Source of the DNA: a virus
Taxonomy: Duplodnaviria; Heunggongvirae; Uroviricota; Caudoviricetes
Direction: 5' to 3' (one strand)
DNA: 18,936 bases
Virus record (IMG/VR): IMGVR_UViG_2529293138_000006
Span: 1-18,936 of that record
This document shows positions 1 through 7,238 of this stretch, piece by piece; the first letter of the stretch is position 1, and each line of letters starts with the position of its first letter. The translations under genes and the position numbers were made by a program. The notes under the pieces were generated by a model that saw nothing but the letters and a program-made list of their open reading frames with translations, was not told where the DNA came from and searched no databases.

Positions 1-1143
1 CTATGCTGTTTTGATATCTACGATAATCCAGTCTTTACCACGATCATCATTGTATCGGTCGGTCATTTTTCTGGATTTATGGCCTAACAACTTTTGCGTA
101 TCCAGACCCTGTTCCCGATATAACCGTTCTGACAGAGATCGCTGTTCATGAAATGTGGGCGCAGTTCCTTGCTCCCATTTTATGCCACATTTTTCCCGGG
201 CCTTTTTAAAAGCCGTTGTCAGAGTATTTGCAGAAACCTGGTCTCCTCTGTTTGCTTGAGAGGTAGTGTGACGGTAATGGACCAGATATTTACTAACAAC
301 AGCATCCCTGCACTGAGATATAACTTCACGAAGGGTAATATTCAGAGCATCGCATTTCAGGTTAAGCGGAATAGCAAGTTTTGAACCGGTTTTTTCCTGA
401 GTAATGTGCAACATGTCGTCCCATATATCAGAGAATTTCAAATTGCAGATATCGCCTAAACGTTGTCCAGTAACAAGAGCAAGTAGCATGCCGCATTTTA
501 AATAGGGCTGCCGTCTGCTTACGCTTTCAAATATTGCCTGCCATTCGAGCAGTGACAATCTTTGGCGGTTTACTCGATTTCGCGGTTGTTTTGTTGCCTG
601 CGCTGGGTTAAATCCTGGCGGAACATGTCCTGCGTGTTGTGCTTCTTTGAAGACGTCGATCAACACCATTCTCACGACTTGCGCCATCCTGTTATGACCT
701 TCAGCCTTTACAGCATCAATTATTTCGGCAATATCAAGTGCGGTAATATCCTTGAGGTGTTGCATTCCACAATGCTCACGGAAAAGACGAATGGGTTTGC
801 CTTTTTGCCGATAGGAGTTGGGTCTTAGTTCATTATGTTGCAGCCTGTCCTCCTGGATAGAAATATATTTATCAAGCCATTCTGTCACCGTAATGTCTGA
901 GCGCCTGCCTTTCATTCTTTCCAGACGCTCATTGACGCTTAATATTTGTCTGGTACGTTGTTCAGCAATAATGGTATTTGCTTCAGTAGCAACTTGTTTT
1001 GCTTCATTCTCATCAGTTCCTAAGCTATGAAAACGACCGGATAGTGGATGTTTGTATTGCCAATATACCTTTCCGGTTCGCTTATCTAATTTGCAATATA
1101 AATTGGGTATAGAGATTTTGTGAGATCGGGGTCTAGCAGCCAT
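1..1143 (-). CDS. int: Phage integrase, tyrosine recombinase of the lambda Int family (380 aa)
   Basis: Full-length ORF with the stop codon at window position 1-3. C-terminal motifs typical of lambda-family integrases are visible in the translation (LALVTGQRLGDICNLKFSDI, TFHEQRSLSERLY, LLGHKS). Overlaps the excisionase by 11 nt. Not identical to lambda Int. Confidence 0.9.
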   Translation of the reverse strand: MAARPRSHKISIPNLYCKLDKRTGKVYWQYKHPLSGRFHSLGTDENEAKQVATEANTIIAEQRTRQILSVNERLERMKGRRSDITVTEWLDKYISIQEDRLQHNELRPNSYRQKGKPIRLFREHCGMQHLKDITALDIAEIIDAVKAEGHNRMAQVVRMVLIDVFKEAQHAGHVPPGFNPAQATKQPRNRVNRQRLSLLEWQAIFESVSRRQPYLKCGMLLALVTGQRLGDICNLKFSDIWDDMLHITQEKTGSKLAIPLNLKCDALNITLREVISQCRDAVVSKYLVHYRHTTSQANRGDQVSANTLTTAFKKAREKCGIKWEQGTAPTFHEQRSLSERLYREQGLDTQKLLGHKSRKMTDRYNDDRGKDWIIVDIKTA

Positions 1144-1369
1144 CAGCGATTATCCGTTGGAGTTTTGGGTTTGCGTTTATTGGGAGTTGCGGTTCTGCAA
1201 GCGTTCCTACAAAACGGGAATTTCGGTCAATCATCCAGTAGCGACCAACTTTTATAGCGGGTGGGGCCATCATTTTCCCTTGCGCGTATTTTTTCAGAAC
1301 TCGCTCACTTGGTGCTAAGTCCCCAAATTCTTCTTTAGCCCAGTCCTGTAAAGTGATTAGTCGAGACAT
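1133..1369 (-). CDS. xis: Excisionase-like small DNA-binding protein (78 aa)
   Basis: Small ORF immediately upstream of and overlapping int, the usual xis position. Strong SD (GGAGGA) about 4 nt before the ATG. Identity to a specific excisionase family is inferred from position and size only. Confidence 0.7.
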   Translation of the reverse strand: MSRLITLQDWAKEEFGDLAPSERVLKKYAQGKMMAPPAIKVGRYWMIDRNSRFVGTLAEPQLPINANPKLQRIIADGC

Positions 1370-1508
1370 TTGTCCTCCTCTTAGCTGCTGAGGGAGTTTG
1401 TGACCGATATATCTGACATGATATTAAGCTCATGGCAGGTACATCTCTTGACTGGTCATAGAGATAAATTTAATGCTGAGAAATGCAGTATTGAATTTAT
1501 CAATTTTT

Positions 1509-1748
1509 CTATTTCCTGCGTATGGCACGTAACTTCTTAATGTGTTCTGCCGTTTCGATCTCTTCTGCTATCCGATCTGCATCAGCTTTATTCACAGGTT
1601 CAAAGTCATGATTAAAGCGGAACATGCTGGCGATACATGTTCTGCCTTTTCGGATGTAGTGAACTTTGTTGTGGGTAGAACGCAGGATTTTGCAGGGAGT
1701 GCCGTGGTGGTCGACGTACCAGGTGTTAGGAAAAATGATTCTGAACAT
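1509..1748 (-). CDS. Hypothetical protein (79 aa) in the int-proximal accessory region
   Basis: ORF with a GAGGTG SD 5 nt upstream of the ATG; same orientation as neighbouring early-left genes. Not recognised. Confidence 0.5.
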   Translation of the reverse strand: MFRIIFPNTWYVDHHGTPCKILRSTHNKVHYIRKGRTCIASMFRFNHDFEPVNKADADRIAEEIETAEHIKKLRAIRRK

Positions 1749-1795
1749 TTTTACACCTCAGTTGGACGATGTTGAAATTTGCTGCTTTGAGGCCA

Positions 1796-2014
1796 TCACA
1801 ATCCCCATTGTTTGTTCTTAAGTTCGATCTCCTCCTGGCAACTTGCACAAGTCCGACAACCCTGAACGACCAGGCGTCTTCGCTCATCTATCGGATCGCC
1901 ACACTCACAACAATGAGTGGCAGATACAGTCTGGTAGTTCAGACGACGCATTTTTATTGCTGTATAGCGCTGTAATTCTTCGATTTCTGATGCTGAATCA
2001 ATGATGTCTGCCAT
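1796..2014 (-). CDS. DksA/TraR-family C4 zinc-finger protein, lambda Orf73-like (72 aa)
   Basis: Four-cysteine motif CxxC-N17-CxxC (CECGDPIDERRRLVVQGCRTCASC) in a ~70 aa protein, characteristic of TraR/DksA-type RNA polymerase-binding proteins carried by lambdoid phages. Confidence 0.7.
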   Translation of the reverse strand: MADIIDSASEIEELQRYTAIKMRRLNYQTVSATHCCECGDPIDERRRLVVQGCRTCASCQEEIELKNKQWGL

Positions 2015-2111
2015 CTTCCATTAATCCCTGAATTGTTGGTTAATACGCTTGAGGGTGAATGCGAATAATAAAAAGGAGCCTGTAGCTCCCTGATGATTTT
2101 GCTTTTCATGT

Positions 2112-2327
2112 TCACCGTTCCTTAAAGACGCCGTTTAACATGCCGATTGCCAGACTTAAGTGAGTCGGTGTGAATCCCATCAGCGTTACCGTTTCGCGGT
2201 GCTTCTTCAGTACGCTACGGCAAATGTCATCGACGTTTTTATCCGGAAACTGCTGTCTGGCTTTTTTGATTTCAGAATTAGCCTGACGGGCAATACTGCG
2301 AAGGGCGTTTTCTTGCTGAGGTGTCAT
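2112..2327 (-). CDS. Lambda orf61-like hypothetical protein
   Basis: Translation from the internal Met (MTPQQENALRSIARQANSEIKKAR...) matches my recollection of lambda orf61. The six-frame ORF extends to 2393, but the upstream 22 codons look non-genuine. Start choice is uncertain. Confidence 0.6.
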   Translation of the reverse strand: MTPQQENALRSIARQANSEIKKARQQFPDKNVDDICRSVLKKHRETVTLMGFTPTHLSLAIGMLNGVFKER

Positions 2328-2403
2328 TGAACAAGTCCCATGTCGGCAAGCATAAGCACACAGAATATGAAGCCCGCTGCCAGAAAAATGCATTCAGTGG
2401 TTG

Positions 2404-2595
2404 TCATACCTGGTCTCTCTCATCTGCTTCTGCTTTCGCCACCATCATTTCCAGCTTTTGTGAAAGGGATGTGGCTAACGTATGAAATTCTTCGTCTGTT
2501 TCTGCTGGTATTGGCACAAACCTGACTCCAATTTGAGCAAGGCTATGTGCCATCTCAATGCTCATTCTTAACTCAACAGGAGATGCTTTGTGCAT
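2404..2595 (-). CDS. Lambda orf63-like hypothetical protein (63 aa)
   Basis: Translation [23 protein letters not shown]... closely matches remembered lambda orf63; position between orf61 and orf60a as in lambda. Confidence 0.65.
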   Translation of the reverse strand: MHKASPVELRMSIEMAHSLAQIGVRFVPIPAETDEEFHTLATSLSQKLEMMVAKAEADERDQV

Positions 2596-2756
2596 ACAGC
2601 CCCTCGTTTATTATTTATCTCCTCAGCCAGCCGCTGGGCTTTCAGTGGATTTTGGATAACAGAAAGGCCGGGAAATACCCAGCCTCGCTTTGTAACGGAG
2701 TAGACGAAAGTGATCGCACCTACCCGGATATTATCGTGAGGATGCTTCATCGCCAT
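2568..2756 (-). CDS. Lambda orf60a-like hypothetical protein (62 aa)
   Basis: Translation [26 protein letters not shown]... matches remembered lambda orf60a; lies immediately downstream of exo with a short overlap. Confidence 0.6.
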   Translation of the reverse strand: MAMKHPHDNIRVGAITFVYSVTKRGWVFPGLSVIQNPLKAQRLAEEINNKRGAVCTKHLLLS

Positions 2757-3427
2757 TGCTCCCCAAATACAAAACCAATTTCAGCCAGTGCCTCGTCCAT
2801 TTTTTCGATGAACTCCGGCACCATCTCGTCAAAACTCGCCATGTAATTTTCATCCCGCTCAACCACGACATAATGCAGGCCTTCACGCTTCATTCGTGGG
2901 TCATAGTTGGCAAAGTACCAGGCATCTTTTCGCGTCACCCACATGCTGTACTGCACCTGGGCCATGTAAGCCGACTTTATGGCCTCGAAACCACCGAGCC
3001 GGAATTTCATGAAATCCCGGGAGGTAAACGGGCATTTCAGTTCAAGGCCGTTGCCGTCACTGCATAAACCATCGGGAGAGCAGGCGGTGCGCATACTTTC
3101 GTCGCGATAGATGATCGGGGATTCAGTAACATTCACGCCGGAAGTGAACTCAAAGAGGGCTCTGGCGTCGTTCTCGTACTGTTTTCCCCAGGCCAGCGCC
3201 TTAGCGTTAACTTCCGGAGCCACACCGGTGCAAACCTCGGCAAGCAGGGTGTGGAAGTAGGACATTTTCATGTCAGGCCATTTCTTTCCGGAGCGGGGTT
3301 TTGCTATCACATTGTGAACTTCTGAAGCGGTGATGACGCCGAGCCGTAATTTGTGCCACGCATCATCCCCCTGTTCGACAGCTCTCACGTCGATCCCGGT
3401 ACGCTGCAGGATAATGTCCGGTGTCAT
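2747..3427 (-). CDS. exo: Lambda exonuclease (Red-alpha, 5'-3' dsDNA exonuclease), 226 aa
   Basis: Translation is near-identical to lambda Exo along its whole length ([72 protein letters not shown]...GFVFGEQWR). Confidence 0.95.
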   Translation of the reverse strand: MTPDIILQRTGIDVRAVEQGDDAWHKLRLGVITASEVHNVIAKPRSGKKWPDMKMSYFHTLLAEVCTGVAPEVNAKALAWGKQYENDARALFEFTSGVNVTESPIIYRDESMRTACSPDGLCSDGNGLELKCPFTSRDFMKFRLGGFEAIKSAYMAQVQYSMWVTRKDAWYFANYDPRMKREGLHYVVVERDENYMASFDEMVPEFIEKMDEALAEIGFVFGEQWR

Positions 3428-4209
3428 GCAGCCACCTTCTGTTCAGAGGCTTTCTGTTTCAGGAATCCAAGAGCTTTCACTGCTTCGGCCTGTGTCAGTT
3501 CTGACGATGCGCGAATGTCGCGGCGAAATATCTGGGAACAGAGCGGCAATAAGTCGTCATCCCATGTTTTGTCCAGGGCAATCAGCAGAGTGTTAATCTC
3601 CTGCATGGTTTCATCGTTAACCGGAGTGATGTCGCGTTCCGGCTGACGTTCTGCAGTGTATGCGGTATTTTCGACAATGCGCTCGGCTTCATCCTTGTCA
3701 TAGATACCCGCAAATCCGAAGGCCAGACGGGCACACTGAATCATGGCTTTATGACGTAACATCCGTTTGGGATGCGACTGCCACGGTCCGGTGATTTCTC
3801 TGCCTTCGCGGGTTTTGAATGGTTCGCGGCGACATTCATCCATCCACTCGGTAACGCAGATAGGATGATTGCGGTCCTTGCGGTAAATCCGGCATGTGCA
3901 GGATTCATTGTCCTGCTCAAAGTCCATACCATCAAACTGCTGGTTTTCATTGATGATGCGGGACCAGCCATCAACGCCCACCACCGGAACGATGCCGTTC
4001 TGCTTATCAGGGAAGGCGTAAATTTCTTTCGTCCACGGATTAAGGCCGTACTGGTTGGCGACGATCAACAATGCGATGAACTGCGCATCGCTGGCATCAC
4101 CTTTAAATGCCGTCTGGCGAAGAGTGGTGATCAGTTCCTGTGGGTCGACAGAATCCATGCCGACACGTTCAGCCAGCTTCCCAGCCAGCGTTGCGAGTGC
4201 AGTACTCAT
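3424..4209 (-). CDS. bet: Lambda Bet (Red-beta) single-strand annealing protein, 261 aa
   Basis: Translation matches lambda Bet along its length; stop overlaps the exo start, as in lambda. Confidence 0.95.
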   Translation of the reverse strand: MSTALATLAGKLAERVGMDSVDPQELITTLRQTAFKGDASDAQFIALLIVANQYGLNPWTKEIYAFPDKQNGIVPVVGVDGWSRIINENQQFDGMDFEQDNESCTCRIYRKDRNHPICVTEWMDECRREPFKTREGREITGPWQSHPKRMLRHKAMIQCARLAFGFAGIYDKDEAERIVENTAYTAERQPERDITPVNDETMQEINTLLIALDKTWDDDLLPLCSQIFRRDIRASSELTQAEAVKALGFLKQKASEQKVAA

Positions 4210-4214
4210 TCGTT

Positions 4215-4511
4215 TTATACCTCTGAATCAATATCAACCTGATGGTGAGCAATGGTTTCAACCATGTACCGGATGTGTTCCGCCATGCGCTCCTGAAACT
4301 CAACATCGTCATCAAATGCACGGGTAATGGCTTTTTTGCTGGCCCCGTGGCGTTGCAAATGATCGATGCATAGCGATTCAAACAGGTGCTGGGGCAGGCC
4401 TTTTTCCATGTCGTCTGCCAGTTCTGCCTCTTTCTCTTCATGGGCGATCTGCTGGTAGTGACGCGCCCAGCTCTGAGCCTCAAGACGATCCTGAATGTAA
4501 TAAGCGTTCAT
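4215..4511 (-). CDS. gam: Gam (short form, GamS) RecBCD inhibitor, 98 aa
   Basis: Translation [60 protein letters not shown]... matches lambda Gam. AGGAG SD upstream of the ATG. The upstream frame contains TAA stops, so only the short form is encoded. Confidence 0.93.
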   Translation of the reverse strand: MNAYYIQDRLEAQSWARHYQQIAHEEKEAELADDMEKGLPQHLFESLCIDHLQRHGASKKAITRAFDDDVEFQERMAEHIRYMVETIAHHQVDIDSEV

Positions 4512-4586
4512 GGCTGAACTCCTGAAAATGGCTGTGAAAATATCGCCCGCGAAATGCCAGGCTGATTAGGTAAACAGGAAAGGGGA

Positions 4587-4793
4587 TTAGTGATTCAGAC
4601 CGTTGCCGCGCCCGTCGAGAAAAACTTCCACGAGCAAGTCACGGGTATAAGTGCGCTCGATGCCGCGATGCAGATAAAGCCGTCCGCGTAAATTAGCTGA
4701 TGCAGTCCAGGTACCATCTTTGTGTTTGACCAGCATTCCTGGCATGACCGCGCCGCGATTAACGGTCTGCGTTCCGTAATGTTGATGAACCAT
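4587..4793 (-). CDS. Hypothetical small protein (68 aa from the internal start; the ORF extends to 4877) at the kil/cIII position
   Basis: First ORF downstream of the predicted PL. The internal ATG at 4793 has an excellent SD (AGGAG, 5 nt spacer); the longer 96 aa form starting at 4877 has a poor SD. Sequence not recognised as lambda Kil, CIII or N. Confidence 0.5.
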   Translation of the reverse strand: MVHQHYGTQTVNRGAVMPGMLVKHKDGTWTASANLRGRLYLHRGIERTYTRDLLVEVFLDGRGNGLNH

Positions 4794-5070
4794 AAAAACT
4801 CCTGCCCGTAAGCTGGGCTGCTGAACATATAGAGACTTCTGCGCGTATTCAGGCGGTGGATGGCCGCCGGTTGTCATAACTAAGCCGCCTCGTTGAAGCG
4901 ACTAAGGTATGAAATGTTGAGTTGATTTCAGCTGGTCACACCGACGTTCACGCGTCCGTTTCACCCCTCGCACTCCCCGAAGCCTGCTGAAATTCAAACT
5001 GCGGATCTAAGCGGTCATCGCAACGGTGAATCAGGTGGTTGCCGTATCGTTGTGTTGTTGCGATGAACTT

Positions 5071-5099
5071 ATTTAAAACTATAGTTGTTTTACCGTCAA
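5071..5099 (-). promoter_or_regulatory. Candidate PL early-left promoter (-35 TTGACG, 17 nt spacer, -10 TTAAAT on the minus strand)
   Basis: Read on the minus strand: GTTGTTGACGG taaaacaactatagt TTAAAT. The -35 is embedded in a GTTGTT...AACAAC operator palindrome, mirroring the PR arrangement. Confidence 0.5.
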
Positions 5100-5127
5100 C
5101 AACAAAAGTTGTTTTATTGGTTGTTTT
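5082..5127. promoter_or_regulatory. OL-type operator cluster (GTTGTT-N8-AACAAC and AACAAC-N4-GTTGTT palindromes plus further GTTGTT half-sites)
   Basis: Repeated GTTGTT/AACAAC half-sites as inverted repeats, the same half-site as the perfect palindrome at OR (6876-6900). Confidence 0.5.
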
Positions 5128-5237
5128 AGATATAACTGGTTGTATTTAGGATGGATTTATTTTGTGACTTGCATCGCATAGCGATAACTGAAGTGAGGTC
5201 GTGGTGGTTTTTTGAACGGTGTGTGATGAGGGGAGGG

Positions 5238-5268
5238 CAAAAGAAAACCCGGCACGGTGGCCGGGTTT
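5238..5268 (-). terminator. Rho-independent terminator ending the leftward repressor/cargo operon (t-imm analog)
   Basis: Perfect 6 bp GC stem (CCCGGC / GCCGGG) with a 6 nt loop; on the minus strand it is followed by TTTTCTTTTG. Lies about 75 nt downstream of the stop of the 5343..5786 gene. Confidence 0.65.
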
Positions 5269-5342
5269 AGATGATTGGTTAAGAGCGAGGGTAATGGGGA
5301 ATGAAAAATCGCTTTACCTAATGCAAGGGTGCGAGCATTTTC

Positions 5343-5786
5343 TTAAGCACTAAAGAAAAAGTACATTGATAGCTTATAAAGTCCTGTTCCTGCAGCGATG
5401 ATTGCTGGAACACCAAGCAATACCGCAAGCTTTGCGTCTGAAATCTTTCTATCGACAGCATCACTTGATGGCTTGTTTGTTAAGGATTCTTTTATAGAGT
5501 CCAGACGTGCAAGAATAGTTATCATATTTTTGTCGATAGCTTTAACGTCTGTTTTAAGTTCATCAACGTCTCGTTTGATATGAGCAACATCGGACTCCAG
5601 TTTTGCAACTTTTTCAGGCATGTTATCACTCCCAGACCCACTGCTACCACTTGATTGTAGCATGTCCCATCTTTTTCCAGATATACCTGCTAGCTGGGAA
5701 GACGCACTGGAGTGCAAACAAAATGATTTTGCCGCCTTTGCAATTTTATCATTTAGGTTTGGAGCTTCGTAATAATCGTGTTTCAT
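5343..5786 (-). CDS. Hypothetical C-terminally membrane-anchored coiled-coil protein (147 aa; alternative start at 5621 gives 92 aa) in the rexB-equivalent position
   Basis: Single predicted C-terminal TM helix (LAVLLGVPAIIAAGTGLYKL) preceded by a heptad-like charged stretch (EKVAKLESDVAHIKRDVDELKTDVKAIDKNMITILARLDSIKESL). Internal ATG at 5621 has a GGGAG SD with a 7 nt spacer. AT-rich relative to flanks. Same strand as and downstream of the repressor. Confidence 0.6.
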   Translation of the reverse strand: MKHDYYEAPNLNDKIAKAAKSFCLHSSASSQLAGISGKRWDMLQSSGSSGSGSDNMPEKVAKLESDVAHIKRDVDELKTDVKAIDKNMITILARLDSIKESLTNKPSSDAVDRKISDAKLAVLLGVPAIIAAGTGLYKLSMYFFFSA

Positions 5787-5798
5787 AATTAATTACGA

Positions 5799-6062
5799 TT
5801 AGTTTGTTTTAGCTTTGTCATGCTGGTCGCGAATGAAGTCAGCCAATTTAAGCATCAATTCTTCGGGCATTCTAATGGTTGCAATGTTGTACTTTATGTT
5901 CTCAACATCGTCACTTTCATCAACAGGCCATTCAGTTACATTATGAAAAAAAGAAATTGAACCTAGGCGCTGAGAGCCGTCACCAAACGAAGAGTAGCCA
6001 AACGCGTCGGCGTATGCATCGACACAGTTATTTGATTTTTTAACAAGTGTTTTATTACTCAT
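5799..6062 (-). CDS. Hypothetical acidic soluble protein (87 aa) in the rexA-equivalent position
   Basis: ORF with a good SD (GGGAAAGG) about 6 nt upstream of the ATG; ends 12 nt before the next ORF (operon-like). AT-rich. Not recognised. Confidence 0.6.
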   Translation of the reverse strand: MSNKTLVKKSNNCVDAYADAFGYSSFGDGSQRLGSISFFHNVTEWPVDESDDVENIKYNIATIRMPEELMLKLADFIRDQHDKAKTN

Positions 6063-6144
6063 TTTTTGCCTTTCCCGTAATGTTATTTTTTATAAGGTAT
6101 TTTCTTCAGCGTATTACCCAAAAGCCTCATCAACACGCGGCTGA

Positions 6145-6834
6145 TTATCCGTGTTTTCTGTACGTCTGCGGCATGCTCCCAATAACCTTACCGAAGATGA
6201 ACACCCGGTTCATCTCGTCTTTCTCGATCGGGTCCCACGGTGAGTAGCTTTTGTTATCAGAGATGACCAGCAGCTTATCCTTCATCATTTGCAGGCGCTT
6301 TACATGGGCTGTGTCGTCGTACAGAAACGCATAGATACCATCACCGTCGAAAGATTTAACTGTGATATCAACGAACAGCAGATCACCTGGTTCGATCGTT
6401 CCTGACATGCTGTCACCACGCACGTTAATGATGCGGATATTTTCCGCCTTCCTACCATCGAACATATGACGAGCATCGTCAAACGAGTACTCAACCGAGC
6501 GTAGAACTTCTACAAACTCACGGTTGATGACTCCCGGCCCAGCACTGACTTCTATATCAAGAACGTCAATCTTGAAGTATTTGGAATGGCTGACAGTTGA
6601 TTGTATTGGTTGCACTGTACTGTCTGACATATTTCCAACGCCAGAAGATAACCATTCTGCGCGCACACCCAAAGCGTTCGCGATCTCCACGATTTTAGTT
6701 GTTTGATTAGCTTTCCCTGTTTCGATTTTCTGAATAGCAGCTTGGCTAACCCCGACCAAATCCCCAAGCGCCTTTTGTGTAAGGCCTCGCGCTAATCTGG
6801 CTTCTTTAAGTCTTTCTGAGAGTGTTGTTTTCAT
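6145..6834 (-). CDS. Prophage repressor, cI-type (N-terminal XRE-family HTH, C-terminal S24 LexA-like autopeptidase), 229 aa
   Basis: HTH region (LKEARLARGLTQKALGDLVGVSQAAIQKIETGK), an Ala-Gly cleavage site (EVSAGPG), the catalytic Ser motif (GDSMSG) and a downstream Lys (HVKRL). Start chosen at MKTTLSERL (6834) rather than the ORF-track start at 6900. Divergent from the Cro-like gene. Confidence 0.9.
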   Translation of the reverse strand: MKTTLSERLKEARLARGLTQKALGDLVGVSQAAIQKIETGKANQTTKIVEIANALGVRAEWLSSGVGNMSDSTVQPIQSTVSHSKYFKIDVLDIEVSAGPGVINREFVEVLRSVEYSFDDARHMFDGRKAENIRIINVRGDSMSGTIEPGDLLFVDITVKSFDGDGIYAFLYDDTAHVKRLQMMKDKLLVISDNKSYSPWDPIEKDEMNRVFIFGKVIGSMPQTYRKHG

Positions 6835-6875
6835 AGTCCAAATGTACAACCAAGGTTTTATTTCATCAAACGAAA

Positions 6876-6900
6876 ATGGTTGTTGACTAAAAACAACCAT
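6876..6900. promoter_or_regulatory. OR operator: perfect palindrome ATGGTTGTT-N7-AACAACCAT
   Basis: A 9 bp perfect inverted repeat with a 7 bp spacer, lying between the divergent repressor and cro-like genes and overlapping the -35 of the predicted PR. A weaker related site is at 6845-6858 (ACAACCaaGGTTTT). Confidence 0.6.
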
Positions 6901-6911
6901 AGTTTTAATCT
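6883..6911 (+). promoter_or_regulatory. Candidate PR promoter (-35 TTGACT, 17 nt spacer, -10 TAATCT)
   Basis: Hexamers with 17 nt spacing upstream of the Cro-like gene; GGAGG SD at 6927-6931 precedes its ATG at 6939. Confidence 0.5.
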
Positions 6912-6938
6912 TGATTCAAATTAACCACGGAGGTTGTT

Positions 6939-7169
6939 ATGAACCCAGCTATCAAAACAGCGATCAATATCGTTGGTTCACAAAAGAAACTGGGCGCTGC
7001 TTGCGAAGTTTCACAGCAGGCCGTCTATAAGTGGCTTCACAACAAAGCAAAGGTATCCCCTGAACATGTCGGCAGCATTGTTACGGCTACTGGTGGAGTA
7101 GTGAAGGCATACCAGATTCGCCCGGATCTTCCGAAGTTGTTTCCACACACCGAAAAGAACGCAGCTTAA
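6939..7169 (+). CDS. Cro-like / YdaS-family small HTH regulator (76 aa)
   Basis: Small ORF divergent from the repressor with a strong SD. A helix-turn-helix-like segment (QKKLGAACEVSQQAVYKWLHNK) is present. Role inferred from position. Confidence 0.8.
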   Translation: MNPAIKTAINIVGSQKKLGAACEVSQQAVYKWLHNKAKVSPEHVGSIVTATGGVVKAYQIRPDLPKLFPHTEKNAA

Positions 7170-7181
7170 ATTTCCATTTCA

Positions 7182-7194
7182 CGCTCTTTAACAA
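7182..7194 (+). promoter_or_regulatory. boxA-like element (CGCTCTTTAACAA) at the nutR position
   Basis: Matches the NusB/NusE boxA consensus (GCTCTTTAACAA) 12 nt after the Cro-like stop codon. No convincing boxB hairpin follows. Confidence 0.45.
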
Positions 7195-7238
7195 TAAGCA
7201 ATCAACTTAACAGTCAATTCAAACTAAAGGAGTCAATT

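Noticed and set aside
148-1030. Plus-strand ORFs (148..384, 562..828, 818..1030) inside the integrase gene
   Set aside because: Fully embedded antisense to a well-supported integrase CDS with no start signals; typical shadow ORFs.
3330-4327. Plus-strand ORFs (3330..3596, 3353..3646, 3772..4242, 4055..4327) and minus-strand ORF 3741..3974 overlapping exo/bet/gam
   Set aside because: They overlap genes whose translations match lambda Exo/Bet/Gam; alternative-frame or antisense artefacts.
4935-5003. A 23-codon GTG-initiated minus-strand ORF in the PL leader encoding an arginine-rich peptide (MRGVKRTRERRCDQLKSTQHFIP), superficially like the arginine-rich motif of N proteins
   Set aside because: Far too short for an N protein (~100 aa), no properly spaced Shine-Dalgarno, and CGN-rich GC-rich sequence readily yields Arg-rich frames by chance. 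Noted only because it lies exactly where N would be.
5174-5186. Small palindrome ATCGCATAGCGAT between PL and the operon terminator
   Set aside because: Short enough (5 bp arms) to occur by chance; no second copy or flanking promoter elements to suggest a binding site.
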